54,258 bases of DNA, from the NCBI GenBank assembly GCA_001938485.1, contig MQRK01203540.1:18914-73171 (forward strand), written 5' to 3'. A program made the translations under genes and the position numbers. The notes beneath the pieces are model-generated. The model was not told the DNA's origin and did not search any database. It worked only from the letters and a program-made list of their open reading frames with translations. Shown here one piece after another: positions 12,161 through 25,175 of the stretch (the first letter of the stretch is position 1; the number at the start of each line of letters is the position of its first letter). This DNA is from Girardia tigrina. Taxonomy: Eukaryota.

Positions 12161-12825
12161 TATTAAACTAACGCATGATACGGGACTATAAAATAATTAA
12201 AAACATTTTACCAAAGGATTAAAATGAATTTTTTTTAAAATTTTTTTTCAAAAATTAACCAAAAATACACTAAAACACTATTAATTCCATTCTCGCTTAC
12301 CAACCATTGGTAATTTTTAATTGTCGTTTGTGAATGCTTACTCTATCGTTCCATACTTTATAAAAACATTCTAAAACAATCTGAAATCTTATCGATGCAG
12401 TTCAACTGAAATGTATGATCAATTCTCAATCTGCAGGAAAAGTGTGTTCTCTCAACGGCACCAGTTCTGAAATTACTGACATTCAGTATAATTATACGTT
12501 TGATCTGTGAAAGACAATTACATACCGACAAAAAACATTTTGTTTTGAATTTCTTCGTTCTTTCCAAATCATTCACAAAATTATTGATTTTATAGTCAAA
12601 ATATAAACATTGTTAAGTTAAATCTATATATATGTTTTATAAAAGGGATAAAAAGAAGACGAATGAATGTGAGAATTTGGTTGGTTTGCGAGAATGAAAT
12701 TGATCGTGTTTCGTATTTTTTGCTTAATTTTTCAGAAAAATGAAATAACTTCATTTTAATCCAATGATTTAATGGTAAAATGTTTCTAAATTATTGCATA
12801 GTCCCGTATAAATGTATTAGTTTAA
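12161..12825. mobile_element. MITE with imperfect ~60-bp TIRs; right TIR split by the piggyBac insertion
   Basis: TATTAAACTAACGCATGATACGGGACTAT.. from 12161 versus ..ATAGTCCCGTATAAATGTATTAGTTTAA ending 12825, terminal TA at 14087-14088. Confidence 0.7.
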
Positions 12826-14082
12826 CCCGTTGACTACCGGAGAGCCCGTAAATGGGTTTATGGCTTATAACTTTTGAACGAAGAGGAATTTTTTAATGCG
12901 GTATTTTTCTAAATATTACTGTTAACTTTTCTAAATCCTTTGATGCTGTGGAAAGGCCGTTTATCATTCAAGCAATACATACCATCAAAAAGAAGTAGAT
13001 TTGGAATAAAGTTATTTGAATTAGTCAACTGTTACTTGAAAGCAATATTAGATTTCATTGTCTACAACGGTTCCAAAACTGACATGTCGGCGTTAGCAGA
13101 TCCATCGTCATGTCTTTGCTACAACCTTATCTGAGCAAGGGACATGTTTTGTATTGTGATAACTGGTACTCTAGTCCAACTCCATTCAATTTATTGCATT
13201 AGAATAAAACTGGAGCATGTGGAACAGTGAGAAAAAATCGTAAAGAATTGTCAAAATTCACTGGAAAATCACGAAAAGGAGATGTTCAATGGTTTTCGTC
13301 TTCAGCTCTTCTAGTAATGAAATGGAATCGACAGTAAATAGTACAAATTTCTTGAACAGTGGAAAAACTGATAGATCAAACGGAAAAGAAATTATGAAGT
13401 CCGATGTAGTCATGGAATATTCGCAAAAAATTGGAGCTGTTGATGAAACTGACATGCAGATATATTTATACTTTGAAGTGGTATAAAAAATTATTCTTTC
13501 ATAAGATGGATTTGGCAATATTCATTTCGTATATAGCAAACAGAATGAAGCAGAATGCTAAAGACTTACAGCTTGCTCAGTTCAAATTGTTTTTGGTTAG
13601 AGAAATACTTCAGAGATATTGTCCTTCAGAGAGAAATAGATTTGGTAGACCTTCTAATGTTCCTACACCTTTGATATTAGTTGCTCGTCACTTTCCCGAC
13701 AATGTTCCACAAGATCCAAAGAGTAGAGAACGAAGTAGAAGAAATTGTATTGTTTGTAGTGCGAAAAAAAATCGACAACGAAGTTATTTCATGTGCCTTG
13801 ACTGTAATGTACCATTATGCATGCCAAATTGTTTCCGAATTAACCACTTTAAGCTTAATTTTATGTAAATGAGTGATAAAAACCAATTCTAATCAGTAAA
13901 ATATAATAATACTGCAAAAATTGAAAACTCTTGTTTGTAGCTCAAAAATCTCATTTTTGTAATTCTTTTGCAATAAATATTTCTGTCTTTTTTTAAATTT
14001 TTTTCATGCTGAATTACCTTCGTTACGTCTAAAACTTCAATAAAATTAACATATCTCCAAAAAAAATTCGGTAGTCAACGGG
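12826..14082 (+). mobile_element. piggyBac (PGBD4-like) internally deleted element
   Basis: TTAA TSDs 12822-12825 and 14083-14086; perfect 14-bp TIR CCCGTTGACTACCG; WKGRLSFKQYIPSKRSRFGIK, YCDNWYSSP, GAVD; Cys-rich tail CIVC..CLDC..LC...CF...H. Confidence 0.96.
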
Positions 14083-15683
14083 TTAATAAATGGTGTGGAT
14101 TGACTGATTATTGGATTGTTATCTCAAAACTCTTTTTATCACTTGAAAATAGTTTATTTTCTTTTTTTCTTTTTCTTATTGATTATTTTCGGTTTTTTTG
14201 CCAAATATTGTGTTTGTGAGGGATAATTTGAAATGTTGTAAGTTTGTTGTTTGTATGCTGTTTTGATTTATATCTCTCCTACTCAGATGGGATTGATATG
14301 TTTATTGATTGATTATTTGAATCTAATGATATTAATTTTAAGTACATTTTATAAAATTATTTAAAATTTTATAATTGTGAATTTTAATAATATTTTTAGT
14401 AAACGATTTTAACTTATTAAATTTAATATATTTTAAAAATTATTGTTTATTTAAAAAATTACGTAATGCCTTTTTATCCAATAAAATTTAAGAAATAAAA
14501 AATTAATATTAAAAACTTTCCAATTTTAGATTTGAATACAAAAACAAAAACTATATCAATCAAAGAAAGATGCTTACTGAAAATTGTTGTGAAGAATCTG
14601 TTTGTGTTGTCAATAAATGTTTATATTCAAATTGTGATGTTGTTAAATGCTTTAAATTCAAATATGTCAAAATTAAAAAATTAAAGTTGACCAATCATTT
14701 TAATTTTTTTTAAAAATTGATAAATTGCGTAAGTCAATGTTACTTAAATGTCCTATATGACAAGACAAATGACTTTTATTCGGAAATAACCTCACAACTG
14801 ACGATGTCATAATGGCGAAAGATGTTTTGTTGTTGTTAAATTAAAAAATAATAAAATGGTGTATTTCATTATAATTTTTTATTTTATTCGTAATTGTTGT
14901 GGTCTTGACGTCTACTTTCAATCCATTTGAAACCGAAACTCATTTTATAAAATTTCTTGCCGATTGTGCAGTATTTAGAGCTGACATTTTGACTTTATAT
15001 TCATTTGTATTGTGTATATTAAATATTCATTATACTCATTTCGAAATTTCACAAAGATTAAACTTTTATAAAACTACATTAAAAGAATTGAAAATATAAC
15101 TTGAAAATGTTCTTTATGAAAACACAGCAAATTTCCAGTTTAATTTTCTAACGCTGTTAATGAAGGTACGCTTCAAGTATTTCGAAAACGGATACCAGTG
15201 GTCCGAGACGTATTGTAGTCGGAATTTCAAATCATCTTTACCTTTCGTTAATGTCTTGTTGAGAAAAATAGATAAGATGGGCTCGCTGACTTAACTACTC
15301 TTATGTCCGATTGGTCCCTGTCACACTAGAATGAAGTTTTTTAATAGAAACTCAATAAGAAGTTCCAGAAATTGGACCAGTCGTTTCGAATTGGTGGTTG
15401 CAAACTTCTCCAATCCTTTGCTTGTCAGAATTCAGCATTGTTAATTCTTGGACGTTTTGATGCATTTGTCTATTGCTTCCAGCATGAGTTTCTTTGTTTT
15501 GAAGGTGACCTTGGAATTGAATACTGCCTGCCATACCTGTCCTTTGGAAGAGTAACGCAAATGTAAACTCAATTTCTGACTATTTTCATGAATATTTTAT
15601 AGAGTTCATATTTTATCAACTGCAAGTCAACAATAATAATAAAGTCTACGACAACAAAGTCATCAACAAAATGGATAGTAATT

Positions 15684-15915
15684 ATTAATTAGGTCACGTT
15701 GCCCTAAAATCAATGTTCAATCGGCAGTCTCAACCAGTTTATTGAAAAATTTTGATTAGCGTGATTTCATGCAACCGATTACACAATCATCATTTTTGTA
15801 TTTATATACAGGTGAATTGATTATTAATCAGTTGACATAAAGATGACGGTAGATCCGTCGAAATATATTGTCTATAAATATATTTTTAATGGATTAGTTT
15901 TGTTATTCATAGAAA
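15684..15915 (+). mobile_element. Penelope-like 3' end (pLTR) fragment
   Basis: LIRSRCPKINVQSAVSTSLLK*; inverted near-copy of 17512-17740. Confidence 0.85.
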
Positions 15916-16005
15916 ATATTAAACAATTTTTATAATTTTATCCAATAAAACAAAATAATTACTAAATTGGTTTTCACACATACTTTTGAATTTCCAAGTT
16001 ATTAA

Positions 16006-16048
16006 GTTGCTGAAGATGATCGAATATTCTTGTCGTAACATGTTCAAC
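16006..16048 (+). ncRNA. Degenerate minimal type I hammerhead ribozyme (second family)
   Basis: GTTG-CTGAAGA-stem II-GTAA-CATGTT-CAAC; stem I GTTG/CAAC; palindromic ACATGT; GAAA box reads GTAA. Confidence 0.55.
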
Positions 16049-17511
16049 GATAATTTTTAAAATATGCTTTAACAAATATCTCTGAAACAAAATTTAATTA
16101 ATATTCACTAGACAAAATATATACATACATTTTTAAAGGCAAATCATAACTTCAAATAAAATACTATTTTGAGGTATGTTTTGAGTATTTTGAATGGCAT
16201 TACAGAGAAAACTGCAGTTTTAGTCTCTATTGATTATGCTTAATAATTCCTTTATTCAGGTTCTAAAGGATGGTTGATGAGTCCCTCTTTCCCCATTCTT
16301 CAACTGGAATTTAACATAGTTAATAAACTTCGTTACTATTGACTTTATCTTTGGAATAACAAAATGAGTGGATTTCATGTCCTTCATACAAAAAATTAAG
16401 TAAATCTCATTCCTGCTTCTACTATATTATAATGAAGCTGTTCAACATTTTCCTACACCAATATTCTCTATACTGTAAACTTTCCTTACAAAGAAGAATT
16501 ACTTGGTTCACAGCACAAGTTTGGTCTCACTAAAAGACATTTAAAAGAAGAATCGAGAAGGAACGATGATAGAAGAACATCAAGGTAGCCAGGACGGTTC
16601 ATAAACTATCTATTTAAATGTATTTTTTATTTAAAGAGATCATAATTATTTTAATATCAAAATAATTCATATATTTGATCGTTTCCTTGATACATTCAAA
16701 GCTCCAAAATGAGATCTTCAAACACCAGGTTCACATTATAAAATGTAGTTATTAAATTAATCCATGATTCTTTTAACAAGAAAGATTCCTCAAAATAACC
16801 ATTTATATTTGATATTTAATACAAAATTCTCAAATATTAATTCATGTCGATGTCTTTCCGAAAAAGTCACCTCAAATGATAAACGCATTTTAGCCGGACA
16901 CTCGGTCTGTTTTTCAGACTAAACTAAAATATTTCCTTTTTTTCACTGCCGATTTCAATTAGAGATAATCATAAGAATAATTGAACTTTTTTCTCTCTTC
17001 TTGTTCTCCCCGCGCTGCTTCTTTTCCTTTGATTAGTTGAGACTATTGTCGAACTAAATAAGATTTTCTAACAACAATTTTCCATTTTATTAACTGTTAA
17101 AAACAGAGAATTTACCACTGTAAAGAGAGTAATACTAATGAGGATTTTGTCCCCGGGTTCCCTATGGGACCCCATCCGTTTTGTCATACGACATACGTTG
17201 CTTTATCTAAAAATCTATAAATAATTTCACTTGTAGCACGTCACATAAAATATGAAAAATATGTGGACTCTCTCAGGTTGCCGTCGGTCGTATCTTGCTG
17301 TGGCTTGATCTTTAAAATGTCTCGGAATTAAGCCTTCCAAAATCTTTAGGTACTTATACACGTTAATAAATAAAGCATTAAGAAGTAGAATCTTCTTTTG
17401 GAAATAGTGTCCCTTTTCAGTTGAAAAATCAGAAATCGACATTTTTAAAACCTTTTATTTAAGAACAACAAAATAATATATTGATAAAACGAAGTCCGGA
17501 TGAAAATCTTC

Positions 17512-18724
17512 TTTTAATAACCAAAGTCATCCATTTAAAAATATATTTTAAGACAATATATTTCGACAGATCTACCGTCATCTTCAGGTCACTAATTAAT
17601 AATTAATTCACCTGTATATAAATACAATAATGATGATTATGTAATCGATTGCATGAAATCATGCTAATCAAAAATTCTCAATAAGCTGGTTGAGACTGCC
17701 GATTGAACATTGATTTTAGGGCAACGTGACCTAATTAACAATGCTNNNNNNNNNNNNNNNNNNNNNNNNNNNNNNNNNNNNNNNNNNNNNNNNNNNNNNN
17801 NNNNNNNNNNNNNNNNNNNNNNNNNNNNNNNNNNNNNNNNNNNNNNNNNNNNNNNNNNNNNNNNNNNNNNNNNNNNNNNNNNNNNNNNNNNNNNNNNNNN
17901 NNNNNNNNNNNNNNNNNNNNNNNNNNNNNNNNNNNNNNNNNNNNNNNNNNNNNNNNNNNNNNNNNNNNNNNNNNNNNNNNNNNNNNNNNNNNNNNNNNNN
18001 NNNNNNNNNNNNNNNNNNNNNNNNNNNNNNNNNNNNNNNNNNNNNNNNNNNNNNNNNNNNNNNNNNNNNNNNNNNNNNNNNNNNNNNNNNNNNNNNNNNN
18101 NNNNNNNNNNNNNNNNNNNNNNNNNNNNNNNNNNNNNNNNNNNNNNNNNNNNNNNNNNNNNNNNNNATTTTTCTAGAAAAGATTTAGAATAACCATTCTT
18201 ATTTAACAACGAACTTAGTTTATTAACACTTTCTACAGATTTAACAAAAGTGGAAGACAACGACCAAGAGCGATAAATTAGACCTTTAATCATGTTTCTT
18301 TTATACTTAAGTTCACAAAAACTATCTGGTGAAGTATATAAACCTGTATCAGTTTGCTTCCTATAAATTCCAGTCTCGTAACTAAGAGATTTTCTTTCAA
18401 CAATAAGATCCAGAAAAGGTAAGACTCCATTCTTTTCATTTTCAACTGTAAAAGTAACATTTGAATGTAACGAATTCATAAAATTTAAAAATGGAAGTAC
18501 ATCAGCCTGATTTTTAAAAACTANNNNNNNNNNNNNNNNNNNNNNNTTATATACTAAAGGTTGATTTCCATCAAACAGTTTAATTTTATTTTCAATCTTT
18601 GAAAGAAAAACAGAAGCTAACGTTGGTGCTAACGGTGAACCCATAGCAACCCCATCAGTTTGCTTATACGACTCATTATTAAAAAGAAGATATATTTTTA
18701 AATGGATGACTTTGGTTATTAAAA
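17512..18724 (-). mobile_element. 5'-truncated Penelope-like element (RT, gap, GIY-YIG end, hammerhead-bearing tail) with 34-bp inverted terminal tail
   Basis: YKQTDGVAMGSPLAP, FTVENEKNGVLPFLD, IYRKQT, LNKNGY; perfect inverted repeat 17512-17545 / 18691-18724. Confidence 0.93.
17552..17592 (-). ncRNA. Minimal type I hammerhead ribozyme with intact core in Penelope pLTR
   Basis: GAC-CTGAAGA-T-GACGG-TAGAT-CTGTC-GAAA-TATATT-GTC. Confidence 0.8.
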
Positions 18725-19004
18725 TAACATATGTTTTTAAACAAGTTTTTTAATAAATTTCCTCGGAGCTTTTTTCATTGTTTTCTCGTTTTCTTATACA
18801 TAAAAATAATGAATTATAAATATAGATCCATTAATTATTATTTTGTTTCATTTGGAAATTTTACAATTTTTATTTCAAATTTTATTAAAAATATTTTACG
18901 GCTAATTTATTAAGTTTGTATTTTAACTTACAAAAGTCTTTATATCAAAATTATCATCTTTTAATTTAAATTATTTTATAATAAATTTTATTGATATCAC
19001 TATT

Positions 19005-19415
19005 CGAATCGCCTCTAGGACAATTCTCCACAAAACTTTGGTCGTTAGTCATCGTTCTTGATTGAAATTTTTTTATTTCTATTTCTAAATGAAACGTTTT
19101 TCTATTTCGAGAAACGTTTAATTACAATTCCTTACTAAAATATTTTCGAAAAGATTTTAATTCATTTTAAACATAATATTTATGATTAAATAAATCTTTC
19201 ATATTAAAATATTTAGATCTTTTTTAAAATAGATTCGAAATATTTTGATTAAAATATGTTAATTTAATTTTAAAGCTGTTATTTACATTTTAAAATTGTC
19301 CGAATAATCAGACCGTTCAAAACATTCAAAATATCGATCTTCGATCTGTGTGGGAGTAACACAATCCTGAAACACGACATACAATAAACGACATTCGAAA
19401 ATATTCCTCACAAAT
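19005..19415 (-). repeat. Dispersed diverged repeat; second copy at about 42776-43170
   Basis: Collinear similarity over about 400 bp, e.g. CGAATCxCCTCxAGGACAATT and TTCGAAAATATTCCTCACAAATA. Confidence 0.8.
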
Positions 19416-19959
19416 AGAAAGACAGTGATAATGAAAGAAACGAAGAGTTTTTAGGAATGTTATAACGAATGAACATAGAGTGAATGCTTAACAGAGGATG
19501 AGTTAAATATTGTGAATGTGACTCGGTCGATCTTCTAACTGTTTCGGGATTTGGATATAAGAAGAGGAATACTAACTGTGAATCCTCTGAAAGGTTCAAG
19601 AAGTATTATATTTTAATAAATATTTGTAAATTATAGTGATTTGAATTGAAAATATTTTCTCTCTGTACTTTACTAATAAATTGTATTCCTATTCTTCTGT
19701 TAAATAAAATCCTTCCTAAATGAGAATAAGTTTGTATAATGTTCAGTATTCCTCACATTAAACAGAATCTGTCGGCATATATAACACGCCAATATTTTAT
19801 GTATTTAATTATTTTTTATTAATTTTCTTTTACTTTTTACATTCATCTAAACCATGTTGTTATCGTATTATGAATTTGGTTCCAGAGGTCGGACACCATA
19901 CATGCTTTTATAAGAAAAGAAAAACTTTTATTGATATTCATCTTAATATATGCTCAAAT

Positions 19960-20612
19960 TGTTTTCCCTGCAATAAATTATCTTTGTAAAATCGTCTGTC
20001 TTTCTTCTGAACGTTTGAGTGGTGATATTTTGGACCTCTGACTATATAACATGCTTCGAATCATTAAGAGTGCTTAGAAAATTTCGTTATGCAAAATATT
20101 TGAAATGTCCCAAAGGAAATTCGGCGATCGGGAACTCTTCGTCAAATAGTTAAACACGCCTCTTGCAAAGTGTGATTGAGCTCCATCTTGATGTAAGACC
20201 TTTTTCGTCGACTTATGAGAACATCCTCAATGTAATCAAAGAAAAGTCTCAATAGGTTTCACATGGGCATTATCATTATTACGAATCTTAGGACCAATGA
20301 TTTCCTCTTCCAATATTTTAGCCAATTCTATGGTCCTATGATCGTTCTGATACTGTTCTTTTGCATTACAGTTCGTAATTACAGTTCTGGGCAAAATCAA
20401 CGGATGTACTTTGTACGTATGAAATTTGCGACTCAGAAGAGTACGATGCACTGAGGATTTGTTAAATGTTATCTCATGGCTTATTTTTACTTGTGTTACC
20501 GGTCATTAAGCAATACCACATATTTGTTTCATCAGCTGTACTCTTTTTCAGTCACATCTGTTACTGTGGTCAGCAAAAACCAGTATGGTTCACAACTTCT
20601 TGGACATCCTAT
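19960..20612 (-). mobile_element. Tc1/mariner (DD37D/maT-like) transposase remnant
   Basis: HQDGAQSHFARGVFNYL ~ QQDGAPxHxxxxVRxYL, then FLW; TIR-like sequence near 20595-20612. Confidence 0.6.
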
Positions 20613-23600
20613 GTTTTAAAATATAAATTAATAGTAAATTTAAATATGGGAATGAGCTCGTCCCTCTACACTGGGTGGTATTAAGTGCTCCGTGGTTCAA
20701 TCTAAAACACTAAAAGGAAAATTTTCCGAGTTTCTCGTCATAATGCCCAAAATATTCAAATCGATTCTTTAGGTTGATTTTATTAAAAATGTGGATAAAA
20801 TATAGAAGAAACGATAGTTAGATTGGATCACATTAAATTACTGATTGCGGTGCTTTAGCTGATTTTGCGCCATTACATGGAAACATATTTCATGTCCACA
20901 GCCTCTTCTTCACCTTCCTTTTTTGCAGTGTGAGGTTGAAGAAGCATTTAAAGATTGTTGCAATTTAAAATTACATCATTTTTAGTTGTTGTAGCAGCGC
21001 AGTGGAAGCGCCTTTTAATATAAGTTTCCCCGTACGGATTGTCAAAAGGGGGAGAATAAGTTCATTTCTGTTATTTAGGTGTTTAAAAATTACTTTAATT
21101 TGATTGTAATTTTTATTATTATTACTATTATTATCATTATTATTATTATATATATATANNNNNNNNNNNNNNNNNNNNNNNNNNNNNNNNNNNNNNNNNN
21201 NNNNNNNNNNNNNNNNNNNNNNNNNNNNNNNNNNNNNNNNNNNNNNNNNNNNNNNNNNNNTTGGTACAACAGAGATAATCGAAAGCCGCAATCGATAAAT
21301 GTTTCATATTGGATCTGTTGGAATCACAAATTTGTGTCATTGAAAGAATTATCGAGGGATAATGATCGATCATTGATCGATAATGATCAAATATTTATCC
21401 GATGCAGAGTGAACATTCGATAACCAATCGATATTGATTATTGTTGTTGTATCAAATGAGAAAATTGATCGCGAATATTTTTTGATTCAATTAATAAATT
21501 ATAATTGTGAAAATATTTTTTGATGAAATATTTCAAATTAAAATTGTATTAAAACTAATTATAAAATAGAAATAGGGTTCTTGTTGGTGTCGTTGAGACT
21601 GACGGCGAGTGATCCATTTGGCTGTGACTCGCTCGCTCTTGAGCGGGTTCTTGTGGTAAATTACAAATATGGTTCTTCCAATCGCGGAATGAATTTAGAG
21701 TCTCCGAACGAGCGATAGTTACCCATTGACCTAACTGAGCGACTCGGGAGAACACAGGACGAGATTAATCAACGCCCCATACCAACCGGCTTTGATTAAC
21801 GATGACGCGTATTGTTTGTCGTTCACGTTCAAATTATCTAAACTCGATTTACAATCAAGAAAATAAATTGGAAACTCTTGTTCGAGAACTTAAATATTGT
21901 CCATTTGGGATTTTCAATTGTTGAAATGACTCGATATTGATTTTTTATGCGAATTTGATTAATTTTGATTACATTAAAAAATACTTCGCTTCTCAATGAA
22001 AACTGTTTTTATTTGGAATAACAATGACAAATCTTCAATTAAATAACTGTACCGAGTTACCGCAAAATTTTATCATAATATTCAAACAAACGTAAAATTA
22101 AAAAAAGGTTAATTTTAAAATGATATATATATTTATGTTATGTAATTATATATGTATATTTTTTGTTATTTTTTATAAAAAATTATTTAAAACGAAATCG
22201 AACATCAGTATTGATCTTCCATTCTTCTTTTACAAGTAGTACCAAAGATATAGTGATAAAATAGTAACATTTTTTCTATTAATATATCATATCATAGTTT
22301 GTGACTTACATTATTACATACTTTTAATTTTTAGTGTTGATATTTAATGTTATAATGGACTTTATGGAATTACCGATACCTCAATATCTAGTTTGACACT
22401 TCGATATTACTAGAAATTGTAAACCAAAATGTATTCTAAGCCAACTTTTCCAACTTTCGACTTTAGGATTATGAGTCATGTTATATCTATAACGATTTTT
22501 CTATTACAAATTGGATGCGAAATGAGATATCAAATGATATTCTCTCATTATAATGTGGTGATAGTGACGAACACGGAGAAAGATTTCACCTGGACATTGC
22601 CGTGATGGAGAGAAGGTTTGAGGACAACTGATTACCGCTGGAATCTAATCATGGATAAACCAGGCAATGCCTACAAGAGAAAATCTTTTGCAAAACATTT
22701 TTAACTTTACAGTAACAATAAAATATTTTCTGGAGCAAGAATGTTTTCTTTTGTGTTTCTATGGTGTTCGCTATTTAATTATACATGGATATAATCTGGA
22801 AAATAAAATTTACTCTGCAATGTTACGTGATAGAGCAAATACAAATCAGCAACGCAAAATCCATTAAAACGAACTATTTTCGAACAGAAAGAAGAAATAG
22901 AATTAAAATTTGTTTTCCAGTGTCATCACAGACCACCAGACCTTCCGAAAATGACCTAACCCACTTTCACTTTCTTTCAATCATAACTAAATGAACATAA
23001 ATCTAAATAAATCTTCTTAAGAGTTTCCCAAAACGAATTAATTGAAAGTACTCGCAATGGTAAACAATATTAACAAATAATAATAACTCAGAATCCCCTT
23101 AAAAAAACGACCCCCACGAACGAAACGTAATGATGAACACATTTAATATAAAAATATCGTTGCATATTTTCAGCCGCCCATATTGCATATAATACAGGAA
23201 GCATGAATTATAAAAGCTATTTAAAACGAAAAATTACCCATTGCACAGTACTTGAAAATACAACTCCTTATTAATTAGCAGGTGTTGCTAAAGCACTCAA
23301 CGAGACTTTCATCACTTACAGGTGCAAGGCAGGAAGCTGCAGTAGCGATTATCCCTAAACAATTGTTCAATGTTTAATTGAAAACTCTCAACAAAACAGG
23401 AAACCATTCCTCCAACGTGAACACAGAACCGTGGTTCTGACGTACAGGAAAACAGTTTCATTAACAAGCTGGAATTGTTAAAAGTCATCTTTCTTTTTAT
23501 ATCAATTAAAAACAAAGATATTTGACAAAAAAAACACTTAATACTAATAATTTATTGTTTTAATTTCTCTTTTTTTTAAATGAGAACGGCTATAAAATTA

Positions 23601-23654
23601 AAATTTTACAAATCCTGTTAATCTAGGGGGAAATATACTTTCATTTAGTGGGAA

Positions 23655-23727
23655 AAGAGAGAGAGAGGAAAAAGAACGAGTGAGAAAGAAAGAGAAAGAG
23701 AGAGGGAGAGAAAGAACAAGAAAAAAG
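23655..23727. repeat. GA-rich polypurine tract upstream of fezf
   Basis: (GA)n/GAAA mixture read directly. Confidence 0.8.
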
Positions 23728-24284
23728 AATTTTCGTTTAATATATTTGATATTATGGATTAAATTTACGCAATTAAATTACAATTAAAATTCATGTTAAA
23801 GTAACCACGGATATTGCCCATCATTTGAACTGATAATTAGTTACATTAGTTCCCAGATCTGTGGCTTGACTTTGTACTCATACATCGACTGCCTTCAAAT
23901 AAACTGGGGGGAAAAATTGAAATTTAAAAGAGTTGGTTAACGTTTTCTTTTTAATCCTCCTTCCCATCAATGAGGTTTTCGAATTCTTTTTGAACGACGA
24001 CAACAACAACAAAAACACCTCACAAGCGAACCTCATCTGACCCCCACCCAGCATCGACAAATTAACACTGCTCCAGCATCGACAAATTTCAAAAAGATAT
24101 CTCAGTTTTTTTTTATTGTAAAAAAAGTTAATTTTTTTTCTATTTTCAAAAAGCAAAATATAAAAAAAACAGAAAAAAATGCTTTCGAGTCGGCAAAGAA
24201 GCTATCGATTTTACGGAGATTAATATATGTTTGCTGAAATATTTCCGTTCTCCTTCGATGAGCACAGTTACTCAAGTAGGATGA

Positions 24285-24320
24285 GGAGGAGGGGAGGGGC
24301 GGGCGGGCGGAGGGGGAGGA
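24285..24320 (+). promoter_or_regulatory. G-rich GC-box cluster / G-quadruplex motif about 0.87 kb upstream of the fezf ATG
   Basis: GGGGAGGGGCGGGCGGGCGGAGGGGG with overlapping GGGCGG sites. Confidence 0.6.
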
Positions 24321-24989
24321 TGAGAACGCGGAAATTTGTAAATATACACTCGACTATTTACCGTTTCAAAGTGGTAACGTAAAATTCTTCTTCAAACGGA
24401 CATAATCTCACTCGAATCGAATTACCGTTCCCTGATTATTTGCGGCAAAAAAGAATTCACCCCCCTCACTAGAAATTATTTTTTTTTCACTTTTTAGCCA
24501 ACTAATTAATCATATTTTTTTCTCTATTTTATTCGTGTGTTTTTATTTATTTTTTTATGGTTTTTACTATTTTTTATGACATTTTTTTGGTTTTTTTTTC
24601 GTTTTTCTTTTTTGTCCCCCCCCAGGAAATTTTTTTTTCATCAATAATTTATAAAAAATATCAATAATGTTTCTCGGCGAAATTGTCGTATCAATCCGTC
24701 AATCGGGATTGATTTCCGAGGAAATCAATTTCTAACACCCCAAGCCAGCTTGCTTGCACATGGAGGATGGGAGGAAAAAACGAAAATTTTATTTCTTGAA
24801 CGATATTTTCCCCTGAAAAAACAAAATTAAATAAATCGATATGGAATAATTAATCAACTTTAATCGATAATAAAATGTAATTTTAACACCATCTGCCGAT
24901 ATCTCATACTGTTTCTCTTTCCTCCTTCTGTTTTCCTATATGCCAGTGGAAATTGTCCATTTTCTTACGCAGACTTCTGCTGCGAACAA

Positions 24990-25080
24990 ATCATTGGTCG
25001 AGCGCCTTTTTGCAGCACTGTGCTGGCCAATCACAATCGAGAGAAAATTGAAAATCCTTCACTAGCAATCTATATATACA
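24990..25080 (+). promoter_or_regulatory. Putative fezf proximal promoter
   Basis: ATTGG 24993-24997 and CCAAT 25027-25031, then TATA-like TATATATA at 25071, about 100 bp before the ATG. Confidence 0.55.
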
Positions 25081-25175
25081 TAATTATTACTATATTTACA
25101 AAAATTTAATGTATTTTTATTGATAGAGAATATTTTTGATTTTTTTTCTGATAAAAACTTAAAAATATAACAACT

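Noticed and set aside
15150-15570. GC-elevated block with short ORFs on both strands
   Set aside because: Multiple stops in the most protein-like frame and no identifiable domain.
17710-18192. ORF-track entries of 148-160 aa, and similar ones at 20971-21423
   Set aside because: Artefacts of N gaps.
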